A stretch of 16,217 nucleotides of DNA from NCBI GenBank assembly GCA_051003155.1, contig JBPCLO010000032.1, forward strand, positions 1 to 16,217. Reading direction: 5' to 3'. The position numbers and the translations under genes were made by a program. Positions within the stretch are counted from its first letter, which is position 1, and each line of letters begins with the position of its first letter. The stretch comes from Fimbriimonadales bacterium (GTDB lineage: Bacteria > Armatimonadota > Fimbriimonadia > Fimbriimonadales > ATM1). Shown here one piece after another: positions 1-7,529 of this stretch. Under the pieces are notes generated by a model. That model made no database searches. It was not told where the DNA came from and saw only the letters and a program-made list of their open reading frames with translations.

Positions 1-609
1 TACGCCGTGGCGACGCGGGTGGCGGGTTCCCTCCGGGGCGGCGAATTCGCCGCCACGGAGGGGGCGGACGCGCATCCAATACTGCGTTCCCGGCACGAGG
101 CCCCCGATCAGGTAGTCCGACGCCGACGCGGACGTCGCGGAGCCCACGATCGTGGTGAAATTTGAAACGGTCGACCATTGCACCTCATACGCGGCGCCCT
201 CGATGCTCTCCCAGTCGAACTTCAAGGAGCCTGAAACCGGCCCGTCGGCAACAATCAGCTCGGCGAGCTTGTCCAGCGAATCGATCTCCGCGCCCTTGGG
301 GGCAAGGCCGAAATGGTTCTTCTCCGCCCCGCCCGGCCCGTAGAGTGCGTCAGTGAATTCGTCGATATCCCGCAAAACCTTGAAGCCGGCGGTTAGGCGC
401 GTCCCCTTCAGCTGGCCGGCGACCTTCCACGCGTCCTCTTTAGTGTCCGTGTCGTTGATCGAAGTGGTGAGGTTGTCGCGCGCCGCAGTCACCTGAGCGA
501 CCGTCGGCGCTCCCGCCGGCCAAGCAAGCCCGGCGAGGCCGATCCCGGTGATAGCCTGGGTGAGCTGATTCCTAAGCGCGACTGCATTTCGTTTAAGTCT
601 TTCTGGCAT
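1..609 (-). CDS. Protein with a helical N-terminus and a C-terminal fibronectin type III domain, 3' end at the window edge (not in the ORF track)
   Basis: Hand translation from ATG 609, preceded by GGAGG: MPERLKRNAVALRNQLTQAITGIG...GSLKFDWESIEGAAYEVQWS...YLIGGLVPGTQYWMRVRPLRGG. The W...Y...L.PGT.Y..RV pattern is the FN3 signature. The frame is open to base 1; a shifted frame reads EPATRVATA followed by TA at the window edge (possible stop). Confidence 0.85.
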   Translation of the reverse strand, partial: MPERLKRNAVALRNQLTQAITGIGLAGLAWPAGAPTVAQVTAARDNLTTSINDTDTKEDAWKVAGQLKGTRLTAGFKVLRDIDEFTDALYGPGGAEKNHFGLAPKGAEIDSLDKLAELIVADGPVSGSLKFDWESIEGAAYEVQWSTVSNFTTIVGSATSASASDYLIGGLVPGTQYWMRVRPLRGGEFAAPEGTRHPRRHGV

Positions 610-632
610 TGATTTGGCTCCTCCGAAGCTAA

Positions 633-638
633 ATCCTA
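633..638 (-). promoter_or_regulatory. Candidate -10 element (TAGGAT) of the FN3 gene
   Basis: TAGGAT lies just upstream of the GGAGG RBS. No consensus -35 is visible; the repeat array occupies that position. Confidence 0.35.
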
Positions 639-640
639 CC

Positions 641-787
641 CTGATCATCCGCAATCAGGGTCTGACGATGGTGAATCGGGATGTGATCGCGCTTGATCAG
701 GGTCTGATGGTGCTCGATCAGAGATCGATCGCGTGCACTCAGGGTCTGATCGCGCGGAATCAGGGCGTGTTCGTGCGCAATCAGGGT
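641..787. repeat. Tandem array of 7 imperfect 21-bp units, consensus CTGATc-N7-ATCAGGGT
   Basis: Units read directly: ctgatcatccgcaatcagggt / ctgacgatggtgaatcgggat / gtgatcgcgcttgatcagggt / ctgatggtgctcgatcagaga / tcgatcgcgtgcactcagggt / ctgatcgcgcggaatcagggc / gtgttcgtgcgcaatcagggt. Confidence 0.92.
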
Positions 788-1139
788 GCGATCGCCTCGC
801 GCCAGTCATCCTGGAAGGCCAGGAATCTCGCGGAGCGTTCGGAGCGCACGCGTATCATTCGGCCATCGTAGAGGGTTCGAAATCCTTCTGCAGACGCGAG
901 CGCCTTCCGCCTTGTCCGCCATTCTGCTGCTTGCCAGACACAACTAAGAGGACCAGGCCCATTGCGCTCATTCCCCGAGGAGGCAGCCCTAACCACCACC
1001 AAGCTAAGACGTAGCTAATGAGGATCAAGGCAAAAGTGAAAAGGAGTGACCGTCCAATCGCGGACGGGGCCACGCCGATTTGAACCTGGCCCTTCGCCAC
1101 CAACTCAACCAACCGCTCGTAGTCGGAATCCTGCGTCAC
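781..1139 (-). pseudogene. Frameshifted paralog of the 1136..1555 membrane protein (true pseudogene or sequencing indel)
   Basis: The N-terminus MTQDSDYERLVELVAKGQV matches MTQDSDHERFVELVAQGKV. After a frame change near 935-945, WQAAEWRTRRKALASAEGFRTLYDGRMIRVRSE...FLAFQDDWREAI matches WHIAERRIREGVLASPEEFRRLYEAGLVRVRVE...FLSFPDDWREVI. Confidence 0.85.
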
Positions 1140-1555
1140 CCCTCGACCCCGCCGCCTGCACAGTTTGCCTTCGAGATCACCTCGCGCCAGTCATCCGGGA
1201 AGGACAGGAACTCTACCGAGCCTTCAACGCGCACGCGTACTAGCCCGGCTTCGTACAGTCTGCGAAACTCCTCCGGGGACGCAAGAACACCCTCCCTTAT
1301 CCGTCGCTCCGCTATGTGCCAGGCGAAGAGATAGACCAAAGGCAAAGCGGCTATCATCGCAATTCCCAACCATGAACCGAAAATCGAGAGAATGAACAAC
1401 GCCAAGAGCGTAAGCGAGGCAACCAAACTGACGACCTGTCCCAAAGGCGTCTTGGTAAAGAACCAGTTGTCGCCGGTGATGACCGGCACGTCGATGCTTA
1501 CTTTGCCCTGGGCCACCAACTCTACAAACCGCTCGTGGTCGGAATCCTGCGTCAC
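1136..1555 (-). CDS. Hypothetical two-TM membrane protein
   Basis: 139 aa, GTG start with purine-rich RBS, two hydrophobic segments, GTGA coupling to its paralog. Confidence 0.8.
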   Translation of the reverse strand: MTQDSDHERFVELVAQGKVSIDVPVITGDNWFFTKTPLGQVVSLVASLTLLALFILSIFGSWLGIAMIAALPLVYLFAWHIAERRIREGVLASPEEFRRLYEAGLVRVRVEGSVEFLSFPDDWREVISKANCAGGGVEG

Positions 1556-1568
1556 CTCTCATCCTCGC

Positions 1569-2345
1569 TCACGTGCTCATCGGGCGGTATTCGGCGCGAC
1601 CCTCGTTCGCCTCGATCTGCGCGGTGAGCATCTCGGCCTTGCGGCGGTTGATGCCTTTCAGCATCGGCGCGGGGAGGTTGTCCAGCATGTCCTTCACCTG
1701 GTTGCGGGTCATCGCCAGCATGTGCTGGAGCGAGTTGATCAGCGCCTCGCGGTCCTTGCCCACGCTCACCAGGACCAGCTCGTAGACCGCGTCGTCGTCC
1801 ACGCGCGCGTAGCCCTTGGCCGCGTGGCGCAGCTCGCCGGTCTCGACGTTGAGGAGCGGGATTTCGCGGTCGCACTCCTCGCAGATCAGGACCTTGGTCT
1901 TGTCGCTCATGAAGTTGAGCGCTCCGCAAAAGCCGCACCGGATGCCGGAGACATCGAGCACCTTGCCATCCATGACCGGAACCCTGCGATGGCACTCCTC
2001 GCACGCGAAATCGTCCATGGGCTGGGCCACGAGCATCGTGTCGTGCCCGCAATAGGGGCACGTCGCGGTGTAGCTCGTCACCTTGCGGCTCGACGCGGCT
2101 TTCGCGACCGCGTAGAGAATTAGGATCGGAGCGATGACGAGGAACGGGTAGCTGATGGCGGTCAGGTCGAGGCCTTGGAACTTCCCGAATTGGAACCAGC
2201 CGTCGCCGTACTTGAAGATGATGAGGCCGAGGAGCAACGACAGAAGGCCAAAGATTCCCCACGTAATCGCCTTCTCCCATTGCCCCTCGATTACGTCTGA
2301 CCGCTTTACCGGTGTGTTGATACGAGAATCCATCTCCGGCTTCAT
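1569..2345 (-). CDS. Membrane protein with four CxxC motifs (double zinc ribbon) and a C-terminal ribosomal L7/L12-CTD-like domain
   Basis: Two N-terminal TM segments; CPYC, CEEC, CGFC, CEEC. The last ~72 aa (YELVLVSVGKDREALINSLQHMLAMTRNQVKDMLDNLPAPMLKGINRRKAEMLTAQIEANEGRAE) follow the L12 CTD pattern. Confidence 0.8.
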   Translation of the reverse strand: MKPEMDSRINTPVKRSDVIEGQWEKAITWGIFGLLSLLLGLIIFKYGDGWFQFGKFQGLDLTAISYPFLVIAPILILYAVAKAASSRKVTSYTATCPYCGHDTMLVAQPMDDFACEECHRRVPVMDGKVLDVSGIRCGFCGALNFMSDKTKVLICEECDREIPLLNVETGELRHAAKGYARVDDDAVYELVLVSVGKDREALINSLQHMLAMTRNQVKDMLDNLPAPMLKGINRRKAEMLTAQIEANEGRAEYRPMST

Positions 2346-2350
2346 TTATT

Positions 2351-3001
2351 CTACTCGAACGGTTTGTCGACCGGCGGCACAGGCCTCTCGATGCGCCCTG
2401 AGGGCGACATCCGGCCAGCCGTGACCGACGCGTCGATGAGGGAGACGATGTAGAGCGTCGCAATGCCCACCATAATCGGCCAAAAGAAGGCGGATGGCTG
2501 GGATCGACCGCCCACGTCCTCCATGCCGATCGTGAACAGCCCCACCCAGAGCAGCACCGCCACCGCCGCAATTGAGATACCCTTGCCCATCTCTCCGTTG
2601 TAAATCTGGCCGAAGCCGGGGAGCATGAGGCTGCAGAACGCGGCTGTTGTCGAGCTTCGCCTGGCGCCGGCGGCGTGGCTGAGGTCTCCGCTGAGGGCTT
2701 GGGAGACGGCCATGTCCTTTTCCGCGATCCGCAGGACGACCTGCGCGTGCTTTCTCTCGGCGGCGATGTTTCCGGGCTGGCGCGCGACGATCGCGGCGAG
2801 GATGTCGCGGGCTTCCGAGAGTTTGCCTTGGCTCGCCAAAATGTCGGCTTTGACCTCTTGCGAGGCCGGGTGGTCGGGATGTTTCTCTAAGACCTCCGCA
2901 ACCGCGGCGTCCGCTCCTTGGGTGTCTCCTCGGTTTCGCAGGACATGCGCCTTCCTAAGGGCTGCTTGGATTTCTTCCTGCGAAGGGTCGAGAGTGTCCA
3001 A
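2351..3001 (-). CDS. TPR-repeat membrane protein with a C-terminal TM2-like region
   Basis: TPR-like helices (HPDHPASQEVKADILASQGKLSEARDILAAIVARQPGN) and the motif SLMLPGFGQIYNGEMGKG followed by TM helices. The likely start is TTG 3001, just after the rsfS stop; the track's start at 3124 overlaps rsfS. Confidence 0.8.
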   Translation of the reverse strand: MDTLDPSQEEIQAALRKAHVLRNRGDTQGADAAVAEVLEKHPDHPASQEVKADILASQGKLSEARDILAAIVARQPGNIAAERKHAQVVLRIAEKDMAVSQALSGDLSHAAGARRSSTTAAFCSLMLPGFGQIYNGEMGKGISIAAVAVLLWVGLFTIGMEDVGGRSQPSAFFWPIMVGIATLYIVSLIDASVTAGRMSPSGRIERPVPPVDKPFE

Positions 3002-3003
3002 AG

Positions 3004-3348
3004 TTACGATTCCACGCTTTCGCTTTTCGGCATTGCCTTCCACAGAGACTCGAGGTCGTAAAACTGGCGCTGCTCTTCCCTCATGACGTGACAGACGACG
3101 TCGCCGAAATCCAGCAGCACCCAACCGCTCTCCTTTCCTTCGATATTTCTCGCCCGCATCTTCTCCTCCCGCATTTTCTCGGCGATTCTGTCGGCGATGC
3201 TCCGCACGTGCAGATCCGACGTTCCACTGCAGATGACAAGATAGTCCGCCATAACGGTTTTGGCGTGAACATCGAGCACCTCGATGCGCTCGGCCTTCAT
3301 CTCATCCGCAAATTCTGAAACCCTTGCGGCCTTGTCTACCGACTCCAA
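3004..3348 (-). CDS. rsfS: Ribosome silencing factor RsfS (Iojap)
   Basis: Motifs DYLVICSGTS, WVLLDFGDVVCHVM and RQFYDLESLW; follows nadD. Confidence 0.96.
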   Translation of the reverse strand: MESVDKAARVSEFADEMKAERIEVLDVHAKTVMADYLVICSGTSDLHVRSIADRIAEKMREEKMRARNIEGKESGWVLLDFGDVVCHVMREEQRQFYDLESLWKAMPKSESVES

Positions 3349-3355
3349 ACTATCT

Positions 3356-3949
3356 TCATCTCTCTATCCTGTATAGACGGCGACGTTCGATGATTTGAAC
3401 TACACATTGCGGCGTCATGTACCGTATCGATTGCCCGTTCGCAACGCGATTCCGAATGTCGGTCGAGCTGATTTCCAGGAGCGGGGTCGGGAAGGCCCTG
3501 ATGCGTATGCGCCAGTGTGCCGAAAGCTCACCGATCGCGGCTTCGAAATCTTGGCCGGGCCGAAACCCCACCCCGATTCGGCACATCTGCAGCAGGCGCT
3601 CGGGGTCTTTCCATTTAGGGATGCCGGACAGCGCGTCGGTTCCGACTATGAACCACACTTCGGTTCCCGCCTCGGCGTAAGCCCGTACTGTGTCGATCGT
3701 ATAGCTCGCCCCAGAGCGCCTGAGGTCTACGTTTCCTACGCGCATGTTGTGGCAACCGTCCAACGCGCATTTCACCATTTCGCAGCGCGTGCCGCCGTCG
3801 GTGGGATGAGTTTCCAGCTTGAACGGGGATTGAGCGGCGACCTCCAGCACGACGTCGTCGAGCATAAGCGCCTCCTTAGCTTCGACCGCCAGCCGCAGGT
3901 GGCCGAAGTGAATCGGATCGAACGTTCCGCCTAGAATCCCGAGTCTCAT
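3356..3949 (-). CDS. nadD: Nicotinate-nucleotide adenylyltransferase
   Basis: GILGGTFDPIHFGH, SYTIDT and ISSTDIR motifs; ATGA overlap with obgE. Confidence 0.96.
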   Translation of the reverse strand: MRLGILGGTFDPIHFGHLRLAVEAKEALMLDDVVLEVAAQSPFKLETHPTDGGTRCEMVKCALDGCHNMRVGNVDLRRSGASYTIDTVRAYAEAGTEVWFIVGTDALSGIPKWKDPERLLQMCRIGVGFRPGQDFEAAIGELSAHWRIRIRAFPTPLLEISSTDIRNRVANGQSIRYMTPQCVVQIIERRRLYRIER

Positions 3950-5241
3950 CCTTCGTCTTCGAATGTAAAGGCGAGGTTGCCGATCCGTACTGTATCGCCC
4001 TCTTCGATGCCCGCTTCCCGAAGGCCGTCGATCACTCCGGCGCCGACCAATTTTCGGTGGAGATACCGTAGTGCCTCGGGATTTCGCAGGTCGGCCATGG
4101 CTACCATGCGGATCACGCTCCGGCCGGTCACGACATAGGCTGCCTCGTCGCGCTCGATCGCATAATCTTGCTCCCTTTCCTCTTCCGGCTTGGGCTCCAG
4201 AATTTGCACTATCGGCTCCGGTGGTTGCTCCTCGAGCAGCGCCGCCAGCCGGTAGAGCAGCTTTTCTACTCCGGCCGTGGTCGCGGCGCTAATGAGGAAG
4301 ACCTCCAATCCGGTGCTCGCTAGGGTCTTCTCAATATCTTGCCTTTGCTCCGCATCGGGCATCAAGTCGATCTTGGACATGGCGATCAACGCGGGTTTAG
4401 CCGCCAGGTCTGACGAGAACTTTTCCAACTCGGACTCGATCAGCTTGAAGTTCCCGAAGGGGTCGCTTTCGTCCACAGGGAGGCACTCGACGACGTGGAG
4501 GATCACGCGCGTCCGGTCCGCGTGCTTGAGGAACCGGTGGCCGAGGCCCTTACCCTCGCTCGCGCCCTCGATAAGCCCAGGCAGGTCTGCAATCACAAAG
4601 CTCTTATCGCCGGCCTTGGCGATGCCGAGACTCGGGGTGAGAGTTGTAAACGGATAGTTGCCAACCTTTGGCTTGGCCGCGCTGACCGATCGAATAAGAG
4701 TCGACTTCCCAGCGTTCGGAAGGCCTACGAGACCGACGTCCGCCATCAATTTTAGCTCGAGAAGCAATTTCCGCGCATCCGCCGGCTCGCCTTTCTCGGC
4801 GAAAGTGGGCGCCTGGCGAACGCTGCTTACGAAGTGTAGGTTTCCTCGTCCGCCACGTCCACCTTTAGCAGCGGTAAAGCGCGCCTTATCGTAAGCAAGG
4901 TCGGCCAGCTGCTCGCCGGTATGGGCATCTTTGATGACCGTGCCAATCGGTACGCGCAGCTTCAAAGACTTGCCGCTCTTGCCGTACTTTCGGTCGCCTT
5001 GGCCCGGAGTGCCGTCCTCCGCCGCGTATTTCCTCGTGAAGCGGAAATCGAGCAGCGTGGTCAAGTTCGAGTCGGCGACGAGCACGACGTCGCCGCCGCT
5101 ACCGCCATCCCCCCCATCCGGTCCCCCGCGTGGGACATGCTTTTCTTGGCGGAACGAGGCGGATCCGCCGCCGCCCCTTCCGGACCTTACATCAATAACC
5201 GCTTCGTCGAGAAACACGTCCGGGAAGGATACCGGTTTCAC
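3946..5241 (-). CDS. obgE: GTPase ObgE/CgtA with C-terminal OCT (DUF1967) domain
   Basis: Gly-rich Obg fold (GGPDGGDGGSGG), G1 GLPNAGKST, YPFTTL, DLPG, SKID; C-terminal GIEEGDTVRIG. Confidence 0.98.
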   Translation of the reverse strand: MKPVSFPDVFLDEAVIDVRSGRGGGGSASFRQEKHVPRGGPDGGDGGSGGDVVLVADSNLTTLLDFRFTRKYAAEDGTPGQGDRKYGKSGKSLKLRVPIGTVIKDAHTGEQLADLAYDKARFTAAKGGRGGRGNLHFVSSVRQAPTFAEKGEPADARKLLLELKLMADVGLVGLPNAGKSTLIRSVSAAKPKVGNYPFTTLTPSLGIAKAGDKSFVIADLPGLIEGASEGKGLGHRFLKHADRTRVILHVVECLPVDESDPFGNFKLIESELEKFSSDLAAKPALIAMSKIDLMPDAEQRQDIEKTLASTGLEVFLISAATTAGVEKLLYRLAALLEEQPPEPIVQILEPKPEEEREQDYAIERDEAAYVVTGRSVIRMVAMADLRNPEALRYLHRKLVGAGVIDGLREAGIEEGDTVRIGNLAFTFEDEG

Positions 5242-5268
5242 CCGACAGGGTACGCTTACTGACCTTAT

Positions 5269-5691
5269 ATGGAGCCGGCCTGGGTTATTTTTGGTTTCGC
5301 GGCGTTACTGGCGGTTGGATGGGCGTTCATCAACGGATGCCATCGTCGAAATTCGGGCAATAAGCAAAAACTTGTCGAGTCGGTGTCGAGGTTTCCTCCG
5401 TTCACTACACGGAAGCTCCTGCGCCTATTAGCTCCAACGAGCTTCAGGGATCGCTGGAACCACGTCGTCGTCATCGCCGGCTGTGTTTGCATTATCGGCG
5501 CTCCCGTTGCATTGTTCGCACCGTTCGTGATTCCGGTTTCTTGGATCGCTTCGGTCCTTGCCCTGCTTGCAGGCAGCCTAGTGGGCTCGCTTATCGGAGA
5601 GTTCGCACTTAATTCTTGGGGCTGCGGACTCGTTCTGCCAGCTGAAGCCACTCGTTCAGTGCGAGATAGTGCGGACGAACCTGCGCACTGA
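5269..5691 (+). CDS. Hypothetical membrane protein (about 3 TM)
   Basis: Fills the gap between rsmA and obgE on the opposite strand, has clear hydrophobic segments, and its 3' end overlaps the rsmA 3' end by 83 nt. Confidence 0.55.
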   Translation: MEPAWVIFGFAALLAVGWAFINGCHRRNSGNKQKLVESVSRFPPFTTRKLLRLLAPTSFRDRWNHVVVIAGCVCIIGAPVALFAPFVIPVSWIASVLALLAGSLVGSLIGEFALNSWGCGLVLPAEATRSVRDSADEPAH

Positions 5692-6439
5692 GCCCGGCAT
5701 CTGTTAAGGCCGCCTCCGCAACCGCGCGATCTATACCAACAGCGATCAAGTTATTCACTAGGGTCTTTCTGGGCTGTTTGAACCCCGCGCGCATGAACTT
5801 GAAGAACCCGTCCGGTATCGCCGGCTCCGAAATCGGGTCGAGTCTAAGGACTCGACTGTCCACTTTTGGCCGCGGATAAAACGCGCCGGCCGAAACTTTG
5901 GCAACTGTCGAGATCGTGAAGTGGGATTGAACGAACACCGACAGCGATCCGCGTGCGGAGTTACCCGGCTTAGCTTCCAGTCGCTGCGCCACCTCCTCTT
6001 GCATCATCAGCACCGCGTGCCCTATTAGATGCGCGGTTTCGCACGCACGCTCCACGATCGGAGCCGTGATGTAGTACGGTAGGTTGGAGACAATCACACG
6101 CGGTTCAGGAAGTTCGCCCAGGAGTCGCGCGAGATCGACGTGGAGCACATCGTCTACGACTAGCCGAGCTTCCGGCGCCGCCTCGTCAAGGGCGGGCCGG
6201 ACCCGCGAGTCGAGGTCGACCGCAATCGTCGGCGCGAATTGCACTAGGCGCTGAGTTAGCACACCCGGCCCGGGACCAATCTCGAGGATTCCACCGGCAG
6301 GGCTGCAAGCTTCGATTATTTTTTCCACGACGCCCCTGCTGGCCAGCCAGTGCTGGCCCAGGGACTTCTTCGGCGAAAAGCCGTGGCGCGTTATAAACTC
6401 TCGTAAAATTGAAGGCGACGTTAGGTCGAGCTTATCCAA
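5609..6439 (-). CDS. rsmA: 16S rRNA dimethyladenosine transferase RsmA/KsgA
   Basis: KKSLGQHWL, LEIGPGPGVLT, VSNLPYYIT, FYPRPKVDS and QPRKTL motifs; likely TTG start at 6439 overlapping the upstream stop. Confidence 0.96.
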   Translation of the reverse strand: MDKLDLTSPSILREFITRHGFSPKKSLGQHWLASRGVVEKIIEACSPAGGILEIGPGPGVLTQRLVQFAPTIAVDLDSRVRPALDEAAPEARLVVDDVLHVDLARLLGELPEPRVIVSNLPYYITAPIVERACETAHLIGHAVLMMQEEVAQRLEAKPGNSARGSLSVFVQSHFTISTVAKVSAGAFYPRPKVDSRVLRLDPISEPAIPDGFFKFMRAGFKQPRKTLVNNLIAVGIDRAVAEAALTDAGLSAQVRPHYLALNEWLQLAERVRSPKN

Positions 6440-7082
6440 GAATGTGAACGCGAACGGACTTTCTGCCAAAGTTCATGGCTTGGCGATACGAATCGAAGCA
6501 CAGGTCTATGCGGTTGCCCTTGATTGCTCCGCCGGTGTCTCCGGCAATTGCGAAGCCATAGCCTTCCACATAAACCTTCGTACCCAGCTTGATGACACGC
6601 GGATCGACAGCGACTATACCGAACCCGGCTCGAAAGCCCATGGCGGTTCGGTTTGTGTTCTCGTATGCGGAATAGCCTGTCGCGCGCATCGACATCACCT
6701 TCTCGCGAGTGTAGTTGCCGCGCGTGCTGGTCCAGCCGTGACGGCCCATGTTCATGATCGCATTGACCGGCGGCTCGTAGCCCTTAGAAACAAGCTTCGG
6801 ATTCACGAGCTTGCCGTTTACGCTTTCATAATCGAAAACCTTAGTCACGGTGCCGTTCTTGCCGGCGCGCACCTTTACGAGGCGTCCGGGGCCCAGAGAG
6901 CGGTCGAAGTGGTACTCCACTTTAAATGGGATGGATTTAGTTTCGGTCTGCGTGACCTTTGTCTTCGCCGCCACCGGGGTCTCGACCACGGCTTCAGGCT
7001 CCTGCGGAGCGCGAAAACCAAGCGTAACAGCGGCGGCGCACAATACGGCGATGCCGCTCAGTATAGAATTATTCGGACGCAT
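6432..7082 (-). CDS. G5 + 3D domain cell-wall lytic protein (YabE/SpsB-like)
   Basis: Signal/TM segment, G5-like TETKSIPFKVEY...GKNG, 3D domain MRATGY...VAVDPRVIKLGT...AGDTGGAIKGNRIDLC. ATG 7082 has a GGGAG RBS. Adjacent to rsmA, as in yabE/rpfB-ksgA loci. Confidence 0.9.
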   Translation of the reverse strand: MRPNNSILSGIAVLCAAAVTLGFRAPQEPEAVVETPVAAKTKVTQTETKSIPFKVEYHFDRSLGPGRLVKVRAGKNGTVTKVFDYESVNGKLVNPKLVSKGYEPPVNAIMNMGRHGWTSTRGNYTREKVMSMRATGYSAYENTNRTAMGFRAGFGIVAVDPRVIKLGTKVYVEGYGFAIAGDTGGAIKGNRIDLCFDSYRQAMNFGRKSVRVHILG

Positions 7083-7176
7083 AAGCTCACTCCCTATGGT
7101 CGAGCGCCTTTGGCTGCTCGCTTGCTGGGTTCTGCTCGATGTCAAAGCTCCGTCTGTGGAGCCTAAAAAAGCAAAA

Positions 7177-7362
7177 CTACTTGTCTTTGAATCCCGGAAG
7201 CCTGCGGCCCTTGTAGAAGCCGTCTGGCGTGGCCGTATGAGGAAGGACGAACGGTTCGCCCCCCTGCTGTCGGTTGATGGTGACCTCGGGCATTTCCGTG
7301 GTCCATGTTCCTCTCCGCTTCGCGCTGCGCGCGTGGGAATGTCTTCGCTTGGGATTCGGCAT
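7177..7362 (-). CDS. rpmF: 50S ribosomal protein L32 (Cys-free form)
   Basis: [17 protein letters not shown]...LPH...GFYKGR. Confidence 0.93.
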   Translation of the reverse strand: MPNPKRRHSHARSAKRRGTWTTEMPEVTINRQQGGEPFVLPHTATPDGFYKGRRLPGFKDK

Positions 7363-7529
7363 TACTTCTTCTCCCGATGCAAAGTATGCTTTCGCAGATT
7401 CGGGTTGTACTTCATTAGTTCCAGCCGATCCTTCGTCTTCTGTTTATTCTTGCTGGTCGTGTAGATGCTTTTGCCATCTTCGGTGCAGACCAACCGAATA
7501 ATTTCCCGATGCTCGCCTTTCTTTGCCAT
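7362..7529 (-). CDS. rpmG: 50S ribosomal protein L33 (not in the ORF track)
   Basis: Hand translation [60 protein letters not shown] overlaps at both ends. Confidence 0.95.
   Translation of the reverse strand: MAKKGEHREIIRLVCTEDGKSIYTTSKNKQKTKDRLELMKYNPNLRKHTLHREKK

Noticed and set aside
1..45. Novel C-terminal extension of the FN3 protein
   Set aside because: The alternative frame gives the more natural EPATRVATA ending; probably an indel in low-quality edge sequence.
641..787. CRISPR array
   Set aside because: The period is only 21 bp with 8-nt variable cores and degenerate repeats, and there are no cas genes.
614..871. Plus-strand heptad-repeat ORF (LIARNQG-like) across the 21-bp array
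   Set aside because: Its TTG start overlaps the FN3 RBS, it has no SD, and it runs antisense into the paralog. Several frames are open simply because the repeat unit is a multiple of 3. Not fully excluded.
7140..7145. TTGACA on the minus strand as the -35 for the G5-3D gene
   Set aside because: No -10-like hexamer at 16-18 nt spacing.
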